Assembly: GCA_046313635.1 (NCBI GenBank)
Contig: JBKBYA010000014.1
Location: 11,318-75,317 of the forward strand
Origin: Pyrinomonadaceae bacterium
GTDB taxonomy: Bacteria > Acidobacteriota > Blastocatellia > Pyrinomonadales > Pyrinomonadaceae
DNA length: 64,000 bases
Direction: 5' to 3'
The notes below the pieces were generated by a model. The model did no database searches. It was given only the letters and a program-made list of their open reading frames with translations, and was not told where the DNA came from. Position numbers and translations under genes: made by a program. Below are positions 19,171 to 28,250 of this stretch, piece by piece. How positions within the stretch are numbered: the first letter of the stretch is position 1; each line of letters opens with the position of its first letter.

Positions 19171-20244
19171 ATGGCATACCGCAACCAGAAGAGTCAGAAA
19201 CTCTACATCACATCGGCCCCGCAGCCGACCATCAACACGCCGGTCGAACTGGCCGCGAGCTTTATGCGATTCAAGACGCAGCCGATCGACACCCCGGTCC
19301 CGCAGCCGACAATGGTGACGGACGAGGGAGAGGTCGGCGACGGCGTCGGTTACGCACAGAACGTGCGGCTGTACAACTGGCCGTCGATCGACCTGTCGCT
19401 CCAGGGGCGGATGAACGACTACCTGATGCCGGTGCTGTTTGCCCGGTGCCTCGGCGGGACGGTCGTCGACGCCGCGGTCACGGCCGCGGCGAGTTACGAC
19501 CACACGATCCCGATGGCGACCGAGCTCGAACTGGTCCAGCCGAAGCTCTCCACGGTGATCACCGAGGGAGCGGCCAAGTTCATCTGGGCGGACGTCTTCG
19601 TGAAGAACTTTTCGATCTCGCAGGAGGGCGACGAGGAGCCGACCTGGCAGGCCTCGCTCGGAAACTCAGGTCTGTGGAAGGAGGTCGCCGATTCCGCGAT
19701 CGTTCTCTCTTCGGTACCGGCCCTCTCGAGCAACTATCTCGGAGCCAACTACCACGGTGCGGCGACCAGGGTGACCTACAACGACGGTGCCGCCCAGGAC
19801 CTTACGGCGAGCCGCGGCCTGTGCGGCGTCTCGGTGCAGATCGACCAGCCGGTCGATGTGATCAACCTGCCGGGCGACGACTTCATCACGGCGGACGACG
19901 TCAACTCCGGCTCGTACTCGGCGACCCTCATGCGTGGGACGCAGAATGCCGACATCGTGAGGATCAAGGTCTACGCCGACACGCCTCTCGCCCAGTGGGT
20001 GAAGATGGTCGCCAACACCGTGCTGACCAACTTTACGGTCAAGTTCACGGGTAAGAAGATCGGTGCCACCACCGACTCGTACGAGACCGAGGTCGTGCTC
20101 TCGCGAGCGATGTTCATGTCGATCACGCCGACCAAGCACGGTGAGTACGAGGCCTTTGACTGCGTCGTCAGGGCACTGCCGGACGTGACCAACCAGCGTC
20201 TCTGCACGGGCCGCGTCCGCAACGGCACGGCCACCCTGAGCTAA
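19171..20244 (+). CDS. major tail (tube) protein
   Basis: 357-aa beta-rich ORF with YDHT motif, followed by a terminator, chaperone and tape measure. Confidence 0.8.
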   Translation: MAYRNQKSQKLYITSAPQPTINTPVELAASFMRFKTQPIDTPVPQPTMVTDEGEVGDGVGYAQNVRLYNWPSIDLSLQGRMNDYLMPVLFARCLGGTVVDAAVTAAASYDHTIPMATELELVQPKLSTVITEGAAKFIWADVFVKNFSISQEGDEEPTWQASLGNSGLWKEVADSAIVLSSVPALSSNYLGANYHGAATRVTYNDGAAQDLTASRGLCGVSVQIDQPVDVINLPGDDFITADDVNSGSYSATLMRGTQNADIVRIKVYADTPLAQWVKMVANTVLTNFTVKFTGKKIGATTDSYETEVVLSRAMFMSITPTKHGEYEAFDCVVRALPDVTNQRLCTGRVRNGTATLS

Positions 20245-20280
20245 AACACTCCGGTCTGCCACTGTGTAGAAACGGTCATC

Positions 20281-20317
20281 GGCGGGGTTCGGGCTGAGGG
20301 GCCCCGCCAGAATTTTT
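20281..20317 (+). terminator. intrinsic terminator after the tail tube gene
   Basis: GGCGGGG...CCCCGCC stem then AGAATTTTT. Confidence 0.55.
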
Positions 20318-20330
20318 GCAAGTGCTCTAT

Positions 20331-20600
20331 ATGACAACTGACAAAATCTTTGGTATACTGAAAGTAGATTATCCGGAGCTCACGGACGATGAGTTCCGGG
20401 CGATCCAGACCGGAGAAGAGGACGTCCTCCCGGACGGTACGACGGTGGCCGAATACGCCGCCGCGGTCGAGAGACTCAAATCCGTACCCGACGTCGAGAC
20501 GGCGTCGCAGCCAGAACAAATCACGATAGAACAGGAGGAGACCGCCGGCGACGCAACGGAACCGGACGAGACCTTCGACAGCGACGAGATCGATTACTGA
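20331..20600 (+). CDS. acidic hypothetical protein
   Basis: ORF between tail tube and chaperone; start uncertain. Confidence 0.5.
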   Translation: MTTDKIFGILKVDYPELTDDEFRAIQTGEEDVLPDGTTVAEYAAAVERLKSVPDVETASQPEQITIEQEETAGDATEPDETFDSDEIDY

Positions 20601-20654
20601 TCTCTTAGAGGTCGATGACGCCGTCCGCACAGAGTACCCCGGCGGACCGCATAA

Positions 20655-21515
20655 ATGAACGAGACAGTCATCACCGAAGAAACAAACACCACCGCAGACA
20701 CCGCCGCCCCGGCGGGTTATGTCGTCGACGGGCGTTCACGCTCGGTACAGGTCGAGTACACCGACCGCAAACTCATTGTTGAGCATCAGTTCGTCAAGGC
20801 CGAAGACCGCGAACTGATCCAGTATTATCTCGCCGCCCCCTCGATCAAGGCGAACGCCAAAGGTCGCGTCGAGATACTCGGACAGCCGTCGGCACCTGCC
20901 GCCAAACTACACGACCAGGCCTGCAGCGGCGTCCGAATTCTCTCGCTCACGGGCGAATTGAAAAAGGAGCTCACGCTCGAGGCGGTCCGCGAGCTGCGGC
21001 AGTCGATCAAGGCCGACGGCGTGCTCTCGTACATCGGCGGCTACTACGACGTGGAGCTCGGGACCGAGTCGGGCGACATGGACGACCTGCTGTTTGACCG
21101 CGATGTCCAGCTCACGGCGACCGTCAAGACGCGGCCGACGGCGAGCGGCAAGGTCGACAAGACATTCAAGATCTTTTTGAACCGCCCGGACGACCTGTCC
21201 TTTGACCGCTTCGTCAACCATTCGTCGACGACCTCGCTGATCGACAAGTCGGACGCGATGCTTGCGGAGTTTCTCGGCGACGAGAATCTCGCGGCCCTGA
21301 CCGGCGGCGAGGACGAAGGCGAGCGTGTCGCTTTCTCCAAGACGACCCAGCACGTCCGTCAGTTCCTGGACGTGGTGCGACGGAACATCGTCGGTGCCGA
21401 GGGGATCGTCTTCGAAGGTGCGGCCTACAACCCGTCCCGCAACGCGGCGATGGTCAACGCACTCGACCCGGTGCTGCTGATCCAGATCGGAGCGGCCCTG
21501 AGAAATTTTTCATAA
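20655..21515 (+). CDS. tail assembly chaperone (gpG-like)
   Basis: Upstream of the tape measure; ends in slippery heptamer A AAT TTT. Confidence 0.8.
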   Translation: MNETVITEETNTTADTAAPAGYVVDGRSRSVQVEYTDRKLIVEHQFVKAEDRELIQYYLAAPSIKANAKGRVEILGQPSAPAAKLHDQACSGVRILSLTGELKKELTLEAVRELRQSIKADGVLSYIGGYYDVELGTESGDMDDLLFDRDVQLTATVKTRPTASGKVDKTFKIFLNRPDDLSFDRFVNHSSTTSLIDKSDAMLAEFLGDENLAALTGGEDEGERVAFSKTTQHVRQFLDVVRRNIVGAEGIVFEGAAYNPSRNAAMVNALDPVLLIQIGAALRNFS

Positions 21516-21805
21516 ACCGTCTCGCGTACCTGGAGAGCGAGGCGGAGCAGTTTTTTTACCGATCGGCAAAGGGTGGGGGTCGTTTTGAATACACGGACCA
21601 CCCTGAGCTGTTCCACCACTTTGCCGAGGCCAACCGGATCGAGGAGGAGCTGCAGCACCACCTCCCGCCGTCGAAGCCTCTGCCGCCGGGGACCAAGGCC
21701 TGCCTGAGGGGTCTGTGGCACGGTCGATCGAAGTGGGACCGCGAGAACGTACCGTCGAAGCCGTCCGGACCCGCAAATCCGGTGACGATCGACAGTGACT
21801 TTTAG
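21503..21805 (+). CDS. -1 frameshift extension of the tail chaperone (gpGT-like)
   Basis: AAATTTT at 21503-21509; -1 frame open for about 100 codons (FINRLAYLESEAE...IDSDF*), with no ATG of its own. Confidence 0.8.
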   Translation, partial: KFFINRLAYLESEAEQFFYRSAKGGGRFEYTDHPELFHHFAEANRIEEELQHHLPPSKPLPPGTKACLRGLWHGRSKWDRENVPSKPSGPANPVTIDSDF

Positions 21806-21840
21806 CAGGCGGCAGACCTCACCGCTCCCTTTCCTCCAGC

Positions 21841-24800
21841 GTGGCCAGCAAATCCTATACATACGACGTCCGCATCAGAGCCAGCCTCGATACTTCGAAA
21901 GTATCGGGTGCTGGCTCTACTGTCAGGCAGAAGGCCGAACAGGAACTGAACCAGGCCCACGAGGCCGGTCTCCGGCAGCGGGAGCAGAAGACGAAGGCGT
22001 CGCTCGACTTGATGGCCAACTGGGAACGCCAGCACGCCGACAAGGTCAAGCGTGAGCAGAACGATTACACCTCTTGGTGGGGTCAGGAGCTGGACAAACG
22101 AGACGCCAAGACCCGGGCTTCTTTGGAGAAGCAGGGCAAGGACACCAGGGACGCTCTCGACAGGAAGAAAAAGGCCGATTTCGAGTACACCCAGTGGTGG
22201 GAAAAAACCCTTAACGATCGTGACCGCAAACTGCAGCAGGCCAGCAAGGCCGAACTCGACCGGGTCGAAAAGAAGAAAAAGTCCGATCTCGAGTACACAC
22301 GGTGGTGGGAGATCCAACTCGACAAGCGGGACAAGGCCGAACGAAGGCATCTTGACGACGTCACGAAGCTGCGTCGCAAGACGGTCGACCTCGCTGTAAA
22401 AACGGACGACCTGGTCAAGCGGTCGGAGGCCGACGTCAAGGCTCTCAACGCCAAGACGGCGGCGATGGAGCGGTACAACCGGTTGTTAGAGCGTTCGAAC
22501 CGGACCGGCAGCGGCAAATTCACAGAGCGCGGTTTGTTCCAGGCGTCGAACGAGGATTTCGAAAAAAGCTCAGCCGCTGCAGGCTCGAGATCCGCGAGTG
22601 CGTTTATGCGGTCGTTCCGCGGCGCCGTGATCGGCATCCTCACCGGGATGGTGATCGGAGAGATATTCCAGATCATCCAGAGCACGTTCGCGACTGCGGT
22701 GTCGATGGTCCAGAAGGGCGTTGAGCTGCAGCAGCTTCGCGTTGGATTGACGGCCGTGTCCACAACCGCCACCGAGGCGTCGGAGCGCGTGAAGATACTC
22801 GACAAGGTCGCCCGCGACACTCCCGGACTTTTGTTCGAGAACGCAGTCGAGGGTCAGATGCGTCTTCAGGCCGTCGGTTTCTCGGCGAACGAGGCGACGA
22901 CGATGCTCAAGGGCCTTTCGAAGGTCCGCATACTGTCGAACGCCACGGACGAGGATTTTCGCGCGGTCATCCTCAACCTCACCCAGATCAAGTCGCTTGG
23001 GCGGCTGACGGGCGATGAGATCCGCGAGACGCTTGGTCGTATCCCGGCGATGGCCTCGGTATTCCGTCGTGCTTTTGGTACGGTCGATATCAACCAGATC
23101 AGGGAGATGCAGCTCTCGAGCTATGAGTTCTTCCAGAAGTTCAACAAGGCGCTGAACGAGGTGCAGGCTCCGGCTGAGTCGGTGTCGTCTGCGTTCATAC
23201 ACCTACAGAACGCGTGGACAAAATCGTCCGAGGTGCTTGCCGAGCCCGTGCTTCCGGAGTTGCAGCAAGCGTTCGAGAATCTCTCGGACATCCTGACCCG
23301 CAACGAGGATGCGTTCCGATCGTGGGGTCAAACGCTGGCATCCGCGATAGATCTTGTCGACAAACTCGCGAGTGCCGTCGACTACCTCTACAACATCCAG
23401 CAGCCGTCGGCACCGGGAAAGGCGTCCTGGCTCGCGACGCTCAACCCCTTCGCCAGCGTCCCGCAGAAGTTGGGCTACACCGAAGAGCAGATCCGGACGG
23501 GTCGGCTCGACGGCAGCCGCGATCCGCGGGCCTCTTCTCTCTCGATCGACGAGCAGCTCGCCAACGCCACGACGATCGAACAGAAGATGCGTGTGCTTGA
23601 CGAGGCGACTCGCGACGCTCATGAGCGTGCTCTGTCGGACCTGACCGTCAACCTCAACAAGCGGCGGATACTGGTGCTGCAGAATGCCGGCTTCTCTCGC
23701 CAGCAGGAGCTGAATCTCCAACTCGAATTGTCCAAGATCGAGCGGGACGGGATCACACTCCGACGGGAGGAGGAGCAGGCCGACTTTGAACGCAAGCTGG
23801 CCCTTACACGCGAAGGTTCAGAGGAGCGGCAGCGTCTGATCGAGGACCACAACCGTCTTGTCGAATCGATGGAGAAATCCTCGGCCGCCAAGCTCGTCGA
23901 GATCGACCGGAAGATGTTTCAGGACAGGATCGGTCTGCTCCAGGATTACGCTGAACAGTGGGCAATGACGCTCAACAGTCAGTACGCGTTGGACACCGCA
24001 ACCAGTCGCGGATCGCTGCAGGGAGCGGATACGTCGACTCCGGGTCGGGCTGCCGCGGTGAACGCGAAGACATTCGAGCAGCAGCTCGCCGATCTGGATC
24101 AACAACGTCGCGTCCTCGAGGGCCGGAGACGGATCGCGAAGGAAGGATTCATTGACGACCACGGAGTATTCACACCGGGCCGTCCGCAGTCCGACTGGTT
24201 AGCGATCGACAAGGAGTACGAGGCGAAGATGAAGGAGTTGAAAGCCCAGGAGCTGCAACTCAGGGCCGCCCGGAACAACCAGATCGCGTCTGAAACCCGC
24301 TCGCTGCAGCAGATGATGCTGCGGGACGGCCGGCTGACGATCTCGACGGGCGATCCGGTCAAGGACCGCATCCTGGTCGAGGCCGCGTCGAAGTACAACT
24401 TCAGCCCGAACATCCTCGCGGCCCAACTGATACAAGAGTCCGGCGGCAAACGCAACGCCGTCTCTCCCAAAGGTGCGGAAGGTTATTTTCAGTTCATGCC
24501 CGGCACCGCCAAGCGGTTCGGCGTCAACCCGTACGACTTCAAGTCCGCGGCCGAGGGGGCCGCGAGGTATATCAACCTGCTGCTTGGCATGTTCGGCGGC
24601 GATCTCGACCTCGCCCTGGCCGGCTACAACGCTGGTGAGGGGGCGGTCAAGAAATACGGCGGCATCCCGCCGTACAAGGAGACGCGGGATTACGTCCGCC
24701 AGATCAAGGCCCGACTCGCCAAGGCGGTAAACATCGACCCGAGCGTCTCCTTCGGAACCTTCGACGTTGCGGGCGGCAGTGACAATCTGACCAGAGAGCG

Positions 24801-27120
24801 AGACGAGTACGATCTCATCTCCCGCGTCGAGCTCACGCGGCGTGCGGGATACGCACCGTCTTACGACGAGATGCGGGCATATCACCAGATCATGGTCGAG
24901 CGTGCCCGCACCTCCGGAAAGGTCCAGCCTACCTTTGCCGACACGGCGAAGGGGTTTGCCGGACTGTCGCGGGAGACCGAGATCGGACGCAGCGTCGCAG
25001 AGCGTCCCAACTATCTCCTAGGGATCGTCGATCTCCTCGCCAAGAACGAGGGGGACGAGAAGCAGCTCGAGTCGGATCGATCAAACTTTTGGGCGATCGC
25101 GACCGCGAAGGCGAAAGAGTACGAGATCTCACTCGAGCGTGCCCTCGAGGACGTGAGACAGGAGAGCGAGCTCCTCTCTCGACGCAACGTCAGCCTCGAG
25201 ACGACCGTCGAGTTCGAAAAACAGCGGAACGATCTCGTCCGTCAGACCGGCGATGTCGAGCGAGACCTCGCCGTTCTGGCGATGCAGAACTCGGACGAGA
25301 GGTTTGTCGCCGACCGGCGTGCTCTGTCCGCCAAGCGTGAGCAGCTCGATCTCGAGCGTGAGATCACGGAGCTCGGCGACGAACTGGCCAACGACGGCGT
25401 CAACGACATCCTGAAGCTCCGCGTGGAGCTGATGCGGCAGGAGCTCGATTACCGACGCGAGTCGCTCAATGCGGCGATCGATGCGGCCAAGGCCGAGACC
25501 GACATCAACCGGATGCTCGAGGTCCGTACGGACGTGATCTACGGCAAGGTGATGAAGCACCTCGGCGACCAGAAGAACATGACCGACGCGATCGCCGACG
25601 GTCTGATCGGGGTGTACGAGGGCACGGCCGGAGCACTCGACAAGGCGATCGACCGGTCGACGGACCGATTCGGCATCTTCAAGAGCATCCTCGGAGAGCC
25701 CCTCAAGGTCTACTCGCGAAAGATCCTGACGGACGTGACCCGCGGCATCGGAGACCTTTTCGGTTTCGGAGATCTATTCAACAAGTCCGAGGAAGAGAAG
25801 AACCCGGTCATGGCCGGGCTCAAGAAGCAGGACCGTCAGATCGAGCTGCTCGAGCAGATCGCCCGCAACACAGGCGGTGGTTCGGCGGCCGGTATCAGGC
25901 CCGCTCAGTCATTCAGAATACCCGGCCTCGGCGGACTGTCGCTCGGTCTGCCGTCATTCGGCCGTATCGGGACGGGTGCGACGGGAGGGTTCTCCGGCGT
26001 GCTCCGCAACTTAGGGTCGTACGCGAACTTATTCATGAGCGGGGGGTCGGCGTCGAACTCGATCCCTGACGCGGCCGGAGCGGCCGGGCAGGCGGTCGGA
26101 GCGGCTGTAGGCAGCGGAGCGAGGCCCAGCTTCCTCGCACGTCTCGGCCAGACACTTTTCGGCGGAGGCGTGGGCGGAGGTCTCGTCAAGGGCGGAATCT
26201 TTGGAAGTCTTCTGAGCGGAGCACCGTTCGCCGGCCTCAGTCTCGGGGCGTCGCTCGGCAGCGGCTCGACGTTCGGGTCCCTGCTCGGCGGCATCGGCGG
26301 TGCGGCCCTCGGCGTGTCGGCGTTGGCCGGGCTGGCCCCGGGGGTCTTCGGAGCCCTGGCCGGAGGGCTCGGGGCGTCGGCGGGCCTGACGGCGTCGATG
26401 TTTGCTCTCTTTACCAACCCGATCACGATCGCGGCGGCCGGAGCCCTTATTCCCCTGGCGATCATCCTCGGCATCAATGCCCGCCGCAAGCAGGCCGAGA
26501 AGCAGCGGTCGGTACTTAGAAACAATGTCGGGGCCGAGCTGGACAAGCTCGTCTCGGCTGTCCGCGGGCGTCGCATGAGTGGGGCGGATGCGTTGGCACA
26601 GGCGGAGAACCTGCGTCTCGAATACGCGAAAGAGGTCGAGAAGATCAAGGACAGCAAGACCCGCCGCATCGCGATGAACGAGTGGAACCCGCCGAACGTG
26701 CTCTGGCGGAAGATGGAGGACCTCAAGGTCGCGGCCGAACAGAGCGGTTTTGACGACGAGCGTCAGCGTCGGATCATTCCCGAGTTTGCCGACGGTGGAT
26801 GGGTGAGAGCCCGTCGCGGAGGAACGCTGGCGAGGATCGGCGAGGCCGGTCACGACGAGGTCGTGCTCTCGACCGACCCGTCGAAATGGAATCAGACCGC
26901 CGGTCTGTTGGCCGGGTTCCTCGGGACGATGTCTCCGAAGGTGGCCGCGGCCGCACCGGCGGCGAGTGCTCCGGCCCCGATCCACGTCACCATCAACATG
27001 ACCCACACCATCGACCGCGACGGCATGGTCTCGTCGGCCATCGAGAGCGGCGACGTCGAGCGGGCGATGGTCAAGGCCATCAACAAGGCCATCACCAACG
27101 GGGAGATAAAGCGAAACTAA
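21841..27120 (+). CDS. tail tape measure protein with internal lytic transglycosylase (SLT) domain
   Basis: 1759 aa; tape-measure core (LTGDEIRE..GRIP), SLT motifs QESGG/GYFQFMP.TA/ALAGYNAG.G (about 24364-24705), Gly-rich hydrophobic region, FADGG..GEAG..E.V motif. Confidence 0.95.
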   Translation: MASKSYTYDVRIRASLDTSKVSGAGSTVRQKAEQELNQAHEAGLRQREQKTKASLDLMANWERQHADKVKREQNDYTSWWGQELDKRDAKTRASLEKQGKDTRDALDRKKKADFEYTQWWEKTLNDRDRKLQQASKAELDRVEKKKKSDLEYTRWWEIQLDKRDKAERRHLDDVTKLRRKTVDLAVKTDDLVKRSEADVKALNAKTAAMERYNRLLERSNRTGSGKFTERGLFQASNEDFEKSSAAAGSRSASAFMRSFRGAVIGILTGMVIGEIFQIIQSTFATAVSMVQKGVELQQLRVGLTAVSTTATEASERVKILDKVARDTPGLLFENAVEGQMRLQAVGFSANEATTMLKGLSKVRILSNATDEDFRAVILNLTQIKSLGRLTGDEIRETLGRIPAMASVFRRAFGTVDINQIREMQLSSYEFFQKFNKALNEVQAPAESVSSAFIHLQNAWTKSSEVLAEPVLPELQQAFENLSDILTRNEDAFRSWGQTLASAIDLVDKLASAVDYLYNIQQPSAPGKASWLATLNPFASVPQKLGYTEEQIRTGRLDGSRDPRASSLSIDEQLANATTIEQKMRVLDEATRDAHERALSDLTVNLNKRRILVLQNAGFSRQQELNLQLELSKIERDGITLRREEEQADFERKLALTREGSEERQRLIEDHNRLVESMEKSSAAKLVEIDRKMFQDRIGLLQDYAEQWAMTLNSQYALDTATSRGSLQGADTSTPGRAAAVNAKTFEQQLADLDQQRRVLEGRRRIAKEGFIDDHGVFTPGRPQSDWLAIDKEYEAKMKELKAQELQLRAARNNQIASETRSLQQMMLRDGRLTISTGDPVKDRILVEAASKYNFSPNILAAQLIQESGGKRNAVSPKGAEGYFQFMPGTAKRFGVNPYDFKSAAEGAARYINLLLGMFGGDLDLALAGYNAGEGAVKKYGGIPPYKETRDYVRQIKARLAKAVNIDPSVSFGTFDVAGGSDNLTRERDEYDLISRVELTRRAGYAPSYDEMRAYHQIMVERARTSGKVQPTFADTAKGFAGLSRETEIGRSVAERPNYLLGIVDLLAKNEGDEKQLESDRSNFWAIATAKAKEYEISLERALEDVRQESELLSRRNVSLETTVEFEKQRNDLVRQTGDVERDLAVLAMQNSDERFVADRRALSAKREQLDLEREITELGDELANDGVNDILKLRVELMRQELDYRRESLNAAIDAAKAETDINRMLEVRTDVIYGKVMKHLGDQKNMTDAIADGLIGVYEGTAGALDKAIDRSTDRFGIFKSILGEPLKVYSRKILTDVTRGIGDLFGFGDLFNKSEEEKNPVMAGLKKQDRQIELLEQIARNTGGGSAAGIRPAQSFRIPGLGGLSLGLPSFGRIGTGATGGFSGVLRNLGSYANLFMSGGSASNSIPDAAGAAGQAVGAAVGSGARPSFLARLGQTLFGGGVGGGLVKGGIFGSLLSGAPFAGLSLGASLGSGSTFGSLLGGIGGAALGVSALAGLAPGVFGALAGGLGASAGLTASMFALFTNPITIAAAGALIPLAIILGINARRKQAEKQRSVLRNNVGAELDKLVSAVRGRRMSGADALAQAENLRLEYAKEVEKIKDSKTRRIAMNEWNPPNVLWRKMEDLKVAAEQSGFDDERQRRIIPEFADGGWVRARRGGTLARIGEAGHDEVVLSTDPSKWNQTAGLLAGFLGTMSPKVAAAAPAASAPAPIHVTINMTHTIDRDGMVSSAIESGDVERAMVKAINKAITNGEIKRN

Positions 27121-28250
27121 TGGCACGTGAAGTAACGGCAGACCTGGCGACCCTGCTCGCCGCGAGCGACGTCGAGACCGCGTCGACGCTGGACCTCGTC
27201 TACACGGACGGGGCGGCGACCGAGCGACACTGGGCGACGGCGTCATTCTCGCACGGCGGGACGACCTACCTGCCGTATCTGAAAAAGGTCGGCGACATCC
27301 GGATGAGCCTGCTTAGTGCTACCGACCGGGTCAAGGTCGAGGTGATCAACAACGACTCGATCCCCGGGGCGGACGTGGCGAGCGGGCTCAGGTATTTCGA
27401 CTACGCGGAGGCGATCGTCGGCCGGTATTACCACTCGGCCGGCGAGGGTCTCGAGCACCGGTCGGAGCTGTTTCGCGGCCGTGTCATGCAGCCCGAGGTG
27501 ACGGAGTCGCTGCTCCAGTTCGACGTTATCGACTCGCTCGTCGCGGCCGGTCCCGTGATCGCGTCTCGGCCTCTGACGATCAAGTGCCCTCACCGGTACA
27601 AGGACCCTCGGACCTGCGGGGCGACGTCGCCGCTCGCGACCTGCAACAAGATGCTCAACTCGTCGGACGGGTGCAGAGGACGCAACAACACGTCGAGATT
27701 CGGCGGTTGGTACTTCCCGTTCCCGACGCTGTCGTCGGCTCCCTCAGGAGGATCCTCGCCCGGGACCCCGCCGCGGGTCCCGCTGCCGTGCTTTACCGGG
27801 GACACGCTCGTGTCGATGGTCGACGGGCCGTACGACAAGCCGATCCGGTACGTCCAGCCGGGGGACCGGATCTGGTCGTTCTACTGGTCGAACGTCGCGA
27901 AGAAGGACATCATCGTTCCGGACGTGGTCGAGGAGGTCTTTGTCCACGAGGTCAACGAGACGTTCGAGTTCACGTTCGACGACGGACGCGTCCTCGAGGT
28001 CACGGCCGAGCACCCTCTGTACGTCGGTAAGGGGGCGTTCCTGCGGGCGGACCGCACGCGGCTCAAGCAGCGGTATGCGGTGATCGACAAGGCGTTGGCG
28101 GCCTACGGAATGGACCGCCGGCGGGTCGTAAAGATGCGGCTGAGGACCGACCGGCCGGTCACGGTGTTCAACCTGCACGTCAGACACTGCCACACGTATT
28201 TCGCCAACGGCATCGCCGTTCATAATTCAAAGGACCCGTCTGAGATCTAA
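27120..28250 (+). CDS. tail tip protein (lambda gpL/DUF2163-like, 4-Cys) fused to a C-terminal Hint/mini-intein domain
   Basis: ATG at 27120 overlaps the TMP stop; CPH.Y....CG..C.K.....C....N..RFGG motif, then CFTGDT...TAEHP...VFNL.V....TYFANG.AVHN-S. Confidence 0.85.
   Translation: MAREVTADLATLLAASDVETASTLDLVYTDGAATERHWATASFSHGGTTYLPYLKKVGDIRMSLLSATDRVKVEVINNDSIPGADVASGLRYFDYAEAIVGRYYHSAGEGLEHRSELFRGRVMQPEVTESLLQFDVIDSLVAAGPVIASRPLTIKCPHRYKDPRTCGATSPLATCNKMLNSSDGCRGRNNTSRFGGWYFPFPTLSSAPSGGSSPGTPPRVPLPCFTGDTLVSMVDGPYDKPIRYVQPGDRIWSFYWSNVAKKDIIVPDVVEEVFVHEVNETFEFTFDDGRVLEVTAEHPLYVGKGAFLRADRTRLKQRYAVIDKALAAYGMDRRRVVKMRLRTDRPVTVFNLHVRHCHTYFANGIAVHNSKDPSEI
27789..28226 (+). other. Hint (intein-like) domain, 146 aa, no homing endonuclease
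   Basis: Cys1, block B TxxH, terminal His-Asn, +1 Ser. Confidence 0.9.
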
